Below are positions 31,631 through 39,708 of a DNA stretch of 64,000 nt, one piece after another. A model generated the notes under the pieces. It saw nothing but the letters and a program-made list of their open reading frames with translations. It made no database searches and was not told where the DNA came from. Origin of the DNA: a virus; the IMG/VR virus record IMGVR_UViG_3300049855_000609, positions 28,564 to 92,563 of that record; one strand, 5' to 3'. The position numbers and the translations under genes are program-made. Position 1 is the stretch's first letter. Each line of letters starts with the position of its first letter.

Positions 31631-31968
31631 TTGATATTTGTTAGTGGATACGCGTTAAGAATAGATTGTTTTGAAACGGTGATAACCTGAAAAGTACAGT
31701 CTCCGTGTCCGTAGCTGTTGTTTTTGATACAGTCTTTTTCTTCTTTGGAGGATGCAGTCCCATCCTGGGTTTCATAGGTACCATACCCGGACTCTTCCAG
31801 GATCTTGGCTTTTTCACTGGCTTCTTTAAGGGCATCTTGCACACAAAGCTTGGCAAACTCTGCCATCATTTCTATTTCTTGATCTATAGTCAAGGAGCCT
31901 GTATATCTTTTCCCTATTCTGTATCTGTAATTAAAATTCGCCTCTTCTGCTGTTGGTAGTCTACTCAT
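31627..31968 (-). CDS. Hypothetical phage protein (paralog of 55482-55709)
   Basis: Likely start MSRLPTAEE; EFAKL.V..AL..A and SILNAYPLTNIK motifs. Confidence 0.6.
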   Translation of the reverse strand: MSRLPTAEEANFNYRYRIGKRYTGSLTIDQEIEMMAEFAKLCVQDALKEASEKAKILEESGYGTYETQDGTASSKEEKDCIKNNSYGHGDCTFQVITVSKQSILNAYPLTNIK

Positions 31969-31972
31969 GTTA

Positions 31973-32218
31973 TTATTTTGTAGTGAGTAATTGGTATAAA
32001 GTTTCAAACGTAAGGCAGTTATAAGCCGGAGCTGCATAGTATAAGACACCATCCATTCCCAGCCTGTAAACTCCTCCTGATATTTTATAAAGACTGTTTC
32101 TCAAACCATTGTTGACAGCAAACCCATGGATATCTTTAGCTGTTCTTACCTGGTCATTAGGCTTCACCTTTCTTGGCCGGCCATTGGTGCAAGAGCCTGT
32201 CCACTGCACATCATTCAT
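31973..32218 (-). CDS. Hypothetical protein
   Basis: 81-aa ORF with ATGA coupling to the upstream gene. Confidence 0.5.
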   Translation of the reverse strand: MNDVQWTGSCTNGRPRKVKPNDQVRTAKDIHGFAVNNGLRNSLYKISGGVYRLGMDGVLYYAAPAYNCLTFETLYQLLTTK

Positions 32219-32619
32219 GGTACTTCTTTTTTGATTCTCTCAATTGTTTGAGCAACTTTGATGGCTTCCTGCAAACCTTTTAGCAAAGCTTCAGGTCTGG
32301 AATTGACCATTGGCCCAGTTGAAAACTCACAAGCTTCTCCTCTTGTACTGGTTACAGCAATATCCCATTTATTTACAGCATACCTTAAAGATTCCACAGA
32401 CAGGTCATACTTTTCCAGAATAAACCAAAAAGCCTGCTGCCATAGTGGAGCTGGCAGACACCAATCATGTTCAAAGGGCCTGCCTAAAATAAGAATAGGA
32501 CTTTTGAAAACATGATCCATATTATAGTAGGCAAAACAGTGTGCAGTAAACCCCAGTTGCTTTAGAGCCTGTGCCTCTTCCTGAGGCACAAACTCATCTT
32601 TTGGTTCTCTTCCTTTCAT
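32215..32619 (-). CDS. Hypothetical phage protein (paralog of 55063-55485)
   Basis: FV..E.A..LK.LGF...C...Y...AP.WQQA..W/F motif. Confidence 0.65.
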   Translation of the reverse strand: MKGREPKDEFVPQEEAQALKQLGFTAHCFAYYNMDHVFKSPILILGRPFEHDWCLPAPLWQQAFWFILEKYDLSVESLRYAVNKWDIAVTSTRGEACEFSTGPMVNSRPEALLKGLQEAIKVAQTIERIKKEVP

Positions 32620-32643
32620 CTTTAAATTTTTACTGGTTTACAA

Positions 32644-33312
32644 TCAGGATTCTGCGGTGATCAGGCTCTCATATTCCTCCGGACTTAAATGCCTGTCATG
32701 AGAGTTATCAGGCAATTTGGGATCTATCTTCTTGACCAGAATACAGTCTCCTTGTCTAAGTATCCTTTCTATATTTCCTTTGGGTACCGGGGTAGTGATG
32801 GTCCAGGCTATGGCTTCCCGGGCTGTAATAGGTCTTACCCGGTCATTGTATGGCCTCATGGACATAATGGAATTAGGAGAGATCCAGATACGGTATATCC
32901 TGTCTGTGGAGGTGTCCTTACAGCTGATAAAATAGGCATCCTCGGCATATTTATCTTCCGGGAACAGGATTTCCTTAGAAACTTTGAACAGCTCATAGGT
33001 ATCCTCATAATCCCGGCTTTCCAGCCCTCCCTGTTCATTTACCCAGGTGGTGAATTTGTAATAGGTCACACTGTCTGCCAGCTCAGCCCCGGACTCTGCT
33101 ATGAATTTCTCCATATCATAATACAGGAAAGCCACCCGGCGGTGTTCCACATTCTCTATTTTGGCTATCTCGGCAAAGGTCAGAGGCTGTACTTCACTCC
33201 AGATACTCTGGGCCTCAGTTTCAGGAAAAGGACAGTGGTCTCCGAATTTCGTTTTGGCTATGCGAAGCCCGGTGTTAAAATCCATTTCTACATTCTGTAT
33301 GATCGTTTTCAT
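32644..33312 (-). CDS. DUF6745-like protein with C-terminal RQGD motif
   Basis: IENVEHRRVA...CKDTSTDRIY.IW...AREAIAWT...RQGDCILVK. Confidence 0.6.
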   Translation of the reverse strand: MKTIIQNVEMDFNTGLRIAKTKFGDHCPFPETEAQSIWSEVQPLTFAEIAKIENVEHRRVAFLYYDMEKFIAESGAELADSVTYYKFTTWVNEQGGLESRDYEDTYELFKVSKEILFPEDKYAEDAYFISCKDTSTDRIYRIWISPNSIMSMRPYNDRVRPITAREAIAWTITTPVPKGNIERILRQGDCILVKKIDPKLPDNSHDRHLSPEEYESLITAES

Positions 33313-33331
33313 GATGATGTTGGTTTAATGA

Positions 33332-34054
33332 TTATTCGGAATCTCTGTATATTCTTCCGGAGTAGCTGACAGAAAGTTTAAGCCATGGATCTCCATTGGT
33401 TTCACTGATAATAAGAGGGGTTATCTCATTCCACTCTCCACCGGTGCTGATGTTTCTTAGTTCCACATCTTCCATTTCCTCATTCACTACTATGGGATTA
33501 TCAGACAGGTCATCCATGAGCCTGTGCAGTTTACCTTCCAAAGAGGTTACTACTTTTTCCTCTTCATCTGTAAGGATGCAATCCCCTTTGTAAACAAACA
33601 GGACCACTCCAGAATTCCCGGATATGGATAACATTTTATCAGTAAGGAACCGGCATTCTTTCTCATCCAGGCAGATACCAGTCTCACAGATCTCAGATTC
33701 ATTGTATTCTGCTTTGGCATCTTTGTAAAACTGTAGTTGTTTAGGCTCTTCATTATCACTCAGGGTAACAGTAACAGTGCCGGCTTCTCCCTGGTAGTAG
33801 CCATCTGAGTTGACGTAGAACTCCACTTTATCAAAGACAAGGTCATCCAATAAAAGTCCCAGGTCCTCATTTTCAATTTCTTCCTCCTCTTCTGTACCAA
33901 AGTGGTCTCCGTAGAATTTCCACTCCATGTTTCCCATGGAGTCCCCTCCACAGTCAAAAGTCAGGATGGCCCTGGTGATGCCGGTCTTTTCCCAAATGGA
34001 TATGATCTCCTGTTCCTCTTCATCCATTTTCTTTTTTTTCTCTAAAACTGTCAT
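33332..34054 (-). CDS. DUF6878-like acidic protein
   Basis: FDCGGDSMG...FY.NSDG.Y.GE.G.V.V motif; adjacent to the DUF6915-like gene. Confidence 0.6.
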   Translation of the reverse strand: MTVLEKKKKMDEEEQEIISIWEKTGITRAILTFDCGGDSMGNMEWKFYGDHFGTEEEEEIENEDLGLLLDDLVFDKVEFYVNSDGYYQGEAGTVTVTLSDNEEPKQLQFYKDAKAEYNESEICETGICLDEKECRFLTDKMLSISGNSGVVLFVYKGDCILTDEEEKVVTSLEGKLHRLMDDLSDNPIVVNEEMEDVELRNISTGGEWNEITPLIISETNGDPWLKLSVSYSGRIYRDSE

Positions 34055-34056
34055 GA

Positions 34057-34452
34057 TTATAATTTTTGCATAAGTTCTTTAAATTTCTCTTCTCCTTCAG
34101 GCTGCGGGTTATCTACTGGCTTCACTCCATTGTTCATCCAGGGTTGTACCTCCATGTGTTTCAGGTAATCCTGTGGTGTAGGAATGAACTTCATCCTAAA
34201 GTCTTCTGCCACATGAAGCATGGCTATATCCACGGTGTCCACACTCCGGCCATCAGAATTAGTGATGTTGTAACCAAAGATGCGCGGGATGATATGATAA
34301 CAGAACCAGGTATTGTGGGTAAGTGTCCTGGCTGTGTTGTTGTTCATGGACTCCTTAGGGCTGTCTATTAAAATGTGTATATCTATGTAGTCGCTGATTT
34401 TACCACCCCAGCGCTTGACAGAACTGCGGGCATGAATTTCCGGATTAGCCAT
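34057..34452 (-). CDS. DUF6915-like protein
   Basis: MANP..HA.SS.KRWGG...DY..IH..IDS.K...R.LTH...HV.ED...IPT..DYL. Confidence 0.75.
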   Translation of the reverse strand: MANPEIHARSSVKRWGGKISDYIDIHILIDSPKESMNNNTARTLTHNTWFCYHIIPRIFGYNITNSDGRSVDTVDIAMLHVAEDFRMKFIPTPQDYLKHMEVQPWMNNGVKPVDNPQPEGEEKFKELMQKL

Positions 34453-35059
34453 CTTGTTTTCTTTTTATTTTGTAATTGTATATTTTTTCAATTTGACTTA
34501 GAAAAGCCGAATACTCCTGAGACATTTTCATTCTGTTACATATCTCACAACAGGATACTGAATTACTGTTAGTATATCCTATTTTATTATCAACTCTATC
34601 AACACCATTATAGACAATAGGTATTCCAGCTCTCGTCTCCCCTGTTTTAGAGTTTTTGATATTATAAATGCTGGAAGGACTACTATTACAATAATGACAA
34701 TTTCCTGCTATAAGCATTTTAAACCCCTCTATTGTTAGGACAAAAGATAAGCCTCTATTTTGTGCACCTCTTTTATATGCATTAAATAAACCTTTGTACG
34801 AAGTCTCTATACTTCTTCTTCCCTTATTTGAGGGAATCTTACAGGTGCCAATTCCACAACAGACAGAATGTCCAGCAGCAATATTATTATATTGAACAAC
34901 TTTTTTATTACCACAATTACAAAGAACCTCTATGAGTCTACGAACAGTCTTTCCGTATTTCTTGTACTCAGCATCTTTGATAAATATAAAGCTGGTCTCT
35001 TTGCCCGAATTTGTAAATAGTCGTTGGCCTTCTTGCAGTATGTGTCTCACTCTTTTCAT
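34445..35059 (-). CDS. HNH homing endonuclease (free-standing)
   Basis: Likely start MKRVRH. C.CG N-terminal domain, CHYC...YNGVDRVDN..GY...N.VSCC..CNRMK; AT-rich relative to its neighbours. Confidence 0.85.
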   Translation of the reverse strand: MKRVRHILQEGQRLFTNSGKETSFIFIKDAEYKKYGKTVRRLIEVLCNCGNKKVVQYNNIAAGHSVCCGIGTCKIPSNKGRRSIETSYKGLFNAYKRGAQNRGLSFVLTIEGFKMLIAGNCHYCNSSPSSIYNIKNSKTGETRAGIPIVYNGVDRVDNKIGYTNSNSVSCCEICNRMKMSQEYSAFLSQIEKIYNYKIKRKQDG

Positions 35060-35088
35060 GACACAATATACAAAGATTACTTCAGTTT

Positions 35089-35175
35089 TTAATAATAAAA
35101 GATAGGGAGGTAGTCTTCCACCTTGCCTCCCCACCTTTTTACTGAACTCTTTGAATGGATCATAGGATTAGCCAT
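35089..35175 (-). pseudogene. Orphaned original 5' end of the DUF6915-like gene
   Basis: Translates MANPMIHSKSSVKRWGGKVEDYLPIFYY*, matching the N-terminus of 34057-34452 (MANPEIHARSSVKRWGGKISDYIDI). Confidence 0.85.
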
Positions 35176-35322
35176 ACATTTATTTTTTTTTAGTTTGAGA
35201 TACTACCAGGTAGCAATACCACTTTCAAAGTGCTTTCGTGTCTGTTCATACGAGGATGAAGTGGTTCAGAAATTTTATCACTACTTTGCACAATGTACTA
35301 CCTGGTAGCGTCAACAAACTAA

Positions 35323-35574
35323 TTAGTCCCAGATTTGAGTGATCTCCCTTTTAAAAGGATTGTATTCCACCTGTTTTCCCAGGCTCCAGTTCCCCGGCAG
35401 TACCTGTAAAGGCTGGTGCTCATTGGAGAACTGGCCGAGAGGGGTTTCATGCTTCAGCACAGAGTTGTCTTCCACCAACAGGTCAGTTTCAGAGAGATCT
35501 GTAAAATCTCCATAGAGAGTGTGCTGGTTGGTGCCTTCTCCTTTGAGGAGGACTTTTTTGTTTTGCTCTTTCAT
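35323..35574 (-). CDS. Small His-rich protein of the family that usually partners DUF6745
   Basis: LLKGEGTNQHTL...LKHE.....EH..L....G.W....QVEYNPF; likely start MKEQNKK. Confidence 0.6.
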   Translation of the reverse strand: MKEQNKKVLLKGEGTNQHTLYGDFTDLSETDLLVEDNSVLKHETPLGQFSNEHQPLQVLPGNWSLGKQVEYNPFKREITQIWD

Positions 35575-35584
35575 GTTAGTTGTT

Positions 35585-35818
35585 TTAAGATTTATCAAGA
35601 TTTTTATCTTTGATCAGTTGTTTAAATGATTCTGCTGCATACCGGGAAGCAGTTTCTGTCCCAAAAGCTTTCATGGCATCCATTTCCAGATAGACGGTAT
35701 GCAGGCTCTGCACCAGGGTTTCATCTGTCATGGCCTGGAGGATCCTCTCAAACATCTTGTAGGATCTCCGGGATCGTATTCTTTCTTCATTGCTCATCTT
35801 CCACCTCCTCTTTTGCAT
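35585..35818 (-). CDS. Hypothetical protein
   Basis: ORF within the co-oriented cluster; probable start MSNEE. Confidence 0.5.
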   Translation of the reverse strand: MQKRRWKMSNEERIRSRRSYKMFERILQAMTDETLVQSLHTVYLEMDAMKAFGTETASRYAAESFKQLIKDKNLDKS

Positions 35819-36140
35819 TGTTTCTATCCCAGTAAATAATGGTTTCCGGCGTGGACTGCTCTATATAGAACAGCATCAGATCTTTCTTCAAAACTTCCTG
35901 GACAAAGGCCCAGAACATCCTGGCCTGGTAATCGGAGTTTTTTGAACTCTGTGCATACATTTTCACGGTGATCTCCGTGTCATGTATTTGGATATCCTTC
36001 ACCGGTTCTATCCAGGTAGGGAGTTTCTCTTTCTCTTCTACCCATTTGGGAAAGTCCTGTATGGCTCTCTGTGCGTTGATTGCTTCTTGCTGGGAATCGT
36101 AGGTCATGCCTATCTCCAGCTGAGTAAATTGTCCCATCAA
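35787..36140 (-). CDS. Hypothetical protein
   Basis: 117-aa ORF overlapping its neighbours. Confidence 0.6.
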   Translation of the reverse strand: MMGQFTQLEIGMTYDSQQEAINAQRAIQDFPKWVEEKEKLPTWIEPVKDIQIHDTEITVKMYAQSSKNSDYQARMFWAFVQEVLKKDLMLFYIEQSTPETIIYWDRNNAKEEVEDEQ

Positions 36141-36304
36141 TGTATCACGATTTTAAAGATGAATAAAAAGGCAATAATAGTCCTTCCTTGCTGATGATCT
36201 ACGCAAAGTAAAGGATAAACGTCTTCTGTTGTTTCAAAACTGAAAAAGCTGAACCCATACCACCCATAAGAAGAAATGATAAGCAGATCAAATTGTACTT
36301 CCAT
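36137..36304 (-). CDS. Small hypothetical protein (55 aa, below the ORF-track cutoff)
   Basis: MEVQFDLLIISSYGWYGFSFF...AFLFIFKIVIH*; fills the gap between two genes exactly. Confidence 0.5.
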   Translation of the reverse strand: MEVQFDLLIISSYGWYGFSFFSFETTEDVYPLLCVDHQQGRTIIAFLFIFKIVIH

Positions 36305-36306
36305 CG

Positions 36307-36657
36307 TTATTCTCCTTTATCTTTTTCCGGAATGAAGTCTTCTGTGCTCCCATCTTTATTTACTATCCTTATACCAACAATCTCTGTTTTTCCTTTTTTG
36401 TATCCGAGGTTTTCTGAAGGTATAAGTATAGGATGATCTTCAGTTTGAGGTAAAGGATATGTAAGATGCACTCCCTCTTTCTGATTAGCCCAAAGCTTGG
36501 AGAAATCATGATCTGGTTTTAATTCTCCACCAGTACCAGTAATATGAACATTTCCTATCAACTTAGGCTTAATTTCTTCCCAGAGCATCAGGAAAGCCTC
36601 CGGGACACCAACTGCATCCACTATTGGATCCAGTTCATCGTACACTTTTTTTTTCAT
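36307..36657 (-). CDS. Hypothetical protein
   Basis: 116-aa ORF with an AT-rich leader. Confidence 0.55.
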   Translation of the reverse strand: MKKKVYDELDPIVDAVGVPEAFLMLWEEIKPKLIGNVHITGTGGELKPDHDFSKLWANQKEGVHLTYPLPQTEDHPILIPSENLGYKKGKTEIVGIRIVNKDGSTEDFIPEKDKGE

Positions 36658-36764
36658 AATTCTTTTTTAGGTTAAAAATCGGCTTCCTTTGCGAATGTTG
36701 ATATGGTTAGAAATCTATACATGGCGTATATGTTATGGCGTGTAGCGACAAGTTATGTGCAAGG

Positions 36765-36950
36765 CTACGAAACTGCTTCGATTAAAGTTTTTACTTCTTT
36801 CCAATAGCTTTGTTTTGCAGTTCTTCCACCTTCATTCATCCACTCTTTTATCATTTCATCACAAAATGAAGTAGCTAATCTTTTATTTTCATTCAGTAAA
36901 GGAACTTTAAATAATTCCATTAAGTAGTTTGCTTTTTCTTGAGTATTCAT
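36765..36950 (-). CDS. Cassette-borne hypothetical protein
   Basis: 61 aa, M.T.EKA..L...F...YW.EVK..I type phage protein; lies inside cassette 1. Confidence 0.6.
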   Translation of the reverse strand: MNTQEKANYLMELFKVPLLNENKRLATSFCDEMIKEWMNEGGRTAKQSYWKEVKTLIEAVS

Positions 36951-37089
36951 CGTTTCAAATTAAATTTAGTGCTGATAAACCGCCCAGCACATAACAGCGT
37001 ATAAAAGATATGGCACATTTGGCTTTGTACCTTGATTAAACATTCGTATAAGTGCCACATCTCTTATACGCAACCCGTTACCAGCAATG

Positions 37090-37326
37090 CTAAAACAGTA
37101 AGTCTATTGTTTCTTTATCGTAATATCTAACCGTGTTTTTACTTCCACAATTTCCACATTCATCCTCAAACGGAATATTACATCCTTCCATGTGGCAATC
37201 TTTACACCAAGTAAAAACACTATGTATATTTCTACCAACAAGTTTTTGCTCCCAAGCACTGCTGGTAACAACAGGTTTATTCAATGCGGGTTTCCTGCTT
37301 TTAAAAATCTTTTGTAGTAAATTCAT
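37090..37326 (-). CDS. Cassette-borne small Zn-ribbon protein
   Basis: CxxC...CxxC; the N-terminus (KPALNKPVVTSS) is encoded by the attC arm. Confidence 0.6.
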   Translation of the reverse strand: MNLLQKIFKSRKPALNKPVVTSSAWEQKLVGRNIHSVFTWCKDCHMEGCNIPFEDECGNCGSKNTVRYYDKETIDLLF

Positions 37327-37397
37327 ATTTTCTGCTTTTAAGTTAATTCATCTGTAAAATCCCGCACTAAATAAACCTGCGGACGTTATATGAAATT

Positions 37398-37667
37398 TTA
37401 TTTTTTCCCACCCTCTCCGTTCATCCAAGTATTCCATGCCTTATTATAGTTTTCGTGCTATAATTTTTGCAACCTTACATCTTCATCACTCCAATTATGT
37501 TTTGCTTTTAATTCGGCATAGGAAGCATCATCCCAACCCATTACAATTGCATACATAAAGGCAATCATTTTGTCCTCACTGCAATCTCTTGAAGTAAAAG
37601 CAAATGTTTCCCTTAATCTTTGTAATGGGTTTGGCAGAAGAAACAGGACAGAGTATATTAATTTCAT
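37398..37667 (-). pseudogene. Hypothetical protein with an internal TAG (truncated third cassette)
   Basis: The frame continues past the TAG at 37458-37460: QKL*HENYNKAWNTWMNGEGGKK*. Confidence 0.45.
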
Positions 37668-38170
37668 TCGTTTTCTTTTTTAAATTTTGTATTGGCCATC
37701 TGGTTCAGGTGTTCACACAGATCCCGAAACCTGATCCGGTAACTTTCATCTGTATCTATGGAATTGTCATGTGCCCTTATCTGATTCATTATAGTGGCAT
37801 GGTCTCTTCCTCCCTGTATATCTCCAATTTGCTGGAAGATCAGCTTCTTTATCCTGCGAAGAAGGACACTGAGGGCAAACCTGGCAATCATGATAGTATG
37901 AACCCGGATAGGAGAGGATATCTGCTCCCGGGTAACCTGGAAATAAGAGCAGACCCCGTCTATTATTTCCTGGGAGGTGAGGCTTTCCATATCCAAAACA
38001 GGGATAAAGGAACTTTCAAAGTCTTCTTTTCTCCTGACATAGAATTCCTCCGGCTTCTCCTGGTTCCTGTAGATGATCACAACCTCCCAGGTCTTTTCAT
38101 CAATCCGGAATTTTCCCTCTCCTACCAGGACATAAAGATTTTTCTTGTGCTCGTATTTTTTCTGTAACAT
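37664..38170 (-). CDS. DUF1653-like domain fused to a DnaA C-terminal (domain IV) HTH
   Basis: Y.H.K.LY.....W.VVIIY.....FYVR...DF...F, followed by II..VC.YF.VT...I.S..R......AR.....IG...GGRDHATIM. Confidence 0.75.
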   Translation of the reverse strand: MLQKKYEHKKNLYVLVGEGKFRIDEKTWEVVIIYRNQEKPEEFYVRRKEDFESSFIPVLDMESLTSQEIIDGVCSYFQVTREQISSPIRVHTIMIARFALSVLLRRIKKLIFQQIGDIQGGRDHATIMNQIRAHDNSIDTDESYRIRFRDLCEHLNQMANTKFKKENE

Positions 38171-38180
38171 GGTTTTAGAT

Positions 38181-38462
38181 TTAGTCGAATAATGATAATT
38201 GAACATGAGGAAGCCAGGTAACCAGCCTGGATTTATGAATGCCTATGGGAAGAATGTATTCTCTTTGAACCACCTCTTCTCCTATCCATTCTCCATGGCC
38301 ACTTTCCTCTAACCGAGAGACAAAAATATCATCCGTCTCTCCTATGATGGTGTAAACTTCTTCTTTCAGCACCCATCCATCTGGGCCATATTCATCGGTG
38401 GTGATCTGGAAGACCCCTGATCTGGGAGCAGGATATCTCTTGAAGTCATATAGTATTTCCAT
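38181..38462 (-). CDS. Hypothetical protein
   Basis: 93 aa; ends QLSLFD, a beta-clamp-binding-like motif. Confidence 0.6.
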   Translation of the reverse strand: MEILYDFKRYPAPRSGVFQITTDEYGPDGWVLKEEVYTIIGETDDIFVSRLEESGHGEWIGEEVVQREYILPIGIHKSRLVTWLPHVQLSLFD

Positions 38463-38467
38463 AAGAA

Positions 38468-38968
38468 TTATTTAGTTCCTGTACTTCCAAATCCTCCTTC
38501 TCCCCTCTCTGTTTCAGACAGATCTGTGATGATCTCAAACTCTGCCTGTGGTGCCGGAATAATACCAGCCTGTGCTACCCTGTCCCCCAGGTCTATCTTG
38601 GCCAGGAAAGGGGTAGTGTTCATCAGGATGAGGTGCAGTTCCCCGCGGTAATCAGAGTCTACGGTCCCTGGCTGGTTGGCAATGACTATTCCGGTCTTTA
38701 AAGTGGTGCCACTACGACTTTTTATTTCCAGCTGATAGCCTTCCGGGATCTCCATGAACAGGCCAGTGCCGGCAAGTAATCTTTCTCCCGGCCTCATCTG
38801 GATGAAACCCTGACGGATAGAGTGCCTCAGGGTGGTGGCAAAATCCACTTCCTGGTCTCCCTTATACAGCTTTTTGAAGCTGTGGATGTGCAGATCAAAA
38901 CAGGCAGCACCCTTGCTCTGGTACTTGGGCATGATAGCCCCTTCCAGCAATTTTATCTTGATGATCAT
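38468..38968 (-). CDS. dut: dUTP diphosphatase
   Basis: AACFDL, RSG, GTVDSDYRGE, RVAQ and RGEGGFGSTG motifs. Confidence 0.95.
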   Translation of the reverse strand: MIIKIKLLEGAIMPKYQSKGAACFDLHIHSFKKLYKGDQEVDFATTLRHSIRQGFIQMRPGERLLAGTGLFMEIPEGYQLEIKSRSGTTLKTGIVIANQPGTVDSDYRGELHLILMNTTPFLAKIDLGDRVAQAGIIPAPQAEFEIITDLSETERGEGGFGSTGTK

Positions 38969-39003
38969 AAACGATTTTTAGATGTTTAAATATAATAAAT
39001 TTC

Positions 39004-39465
39004 TTATACAATAGCACTCACTCCCAGCTGAACCCCTTCTTTATGCAGGGATAATATCTGCAGATTGGGATCTGCTTTCAGGTACTTTCTAAGCTTATGA
39101 GTGTATACATCCAGGCTCCTCCGGTAAATACCCTCTTCATCTTTCCAGACCTTTTCCAGAAGGTAGTCATAGGTAAAGAGCTTGCCCGGTTGTTTCATCA
39201 GAAGAAGCAGGTATTCGAATTCTATGCGGGTGAGGTTGGTGATGAAGGTTATCTCATCAATGTCAGAATAATAGGATAGCCTTCTGGTATTCAGCTCCAG
39301 TATTATCTTTCCTATTTGAAGAAAGCCGTGATTGTTGCTGATGGCTATGGCCTCCAGTTCCTTTTGCTGCTTAATCTGAAGCTGTATCCTCTGTGCTGTC
39401 AGCTGCAGTTCCAGCAGTTTCTCTCTCACTTCCTGCAGCCCACTGATCAATTGTTCCATCTCCAT
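39004..39465 (-). CDS. OmpR/PhoB-type winged-helix protein lacking a receiver domain
   Basis: LTRIEFEYLLLLM..PG.LFT...LLEKVW......RSLDVY.HKLRK.L, with an N-terminal coiled coil. Confidence 0.8.
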   Translation of the reverse strand: MEMEQLISGLQEVREKLLELQLTAQRIQLQIKQQKELEAIAISNNHGFLQIGKIILELNTRRLSYYSDIDEITFITNLTRIEFEYLLLLMKQPGKLFTYDYLLEKVWKDEEGIYRRSLDVYTHKLRKYLKADPNLQILSLHKEGVQLGVSAIV

Positions 39466-39634
39466 AACTTTTAAATTTAGGTGTTAAATATTCGATCAGG
39501 TATTTGGCATAGCCGGTCACCAGTTCTCTCTCTTTAAACAGGAAGCTTTCTTTTTTTTGCTCTACTGCTTTTTTGTATTTGGAGACCAGCTTTTTATAGT
39601 CCCCATAACTCACTGTCATTGTTTCCGTTGTCAT
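39371..39634 (-). CDS. Hypothetical phage protein
   Basis: Y.KAV....ESF.F...E.V..YAKYLIEYL. Confidence 0.6.
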   Translation of the reverse strand: MTTETMTVSYGDYKKLVSKYKKAVEQKKESFLFKERELVTGYAKYLIEYLTPKFKSYGDGTIDQWAAGSERETAGTAADSTEDTASD

Positions 39635-39708
39635 GTTGTTGTTTTATGATTGGTAAATCAGCTTTCACTTCCCGGAGCCTTTATGGTCCCGGGAAGTTTA
39701 GCTATGGG

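Larger units (their letters stand above)
36752..37391. mobile_element. attC-like gene-cassette array without integrase (2 complete cassettes)
   Basis: Complementary cassette ends gttatgtgc (36752) / gcacataac (36987) and gttaccagca (37077) / tgctggtaac (37260). Imperfect palindromes bounded by TAAC...GTTA at 36990-37083 and 37263-37391. Confidence 0.75.
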
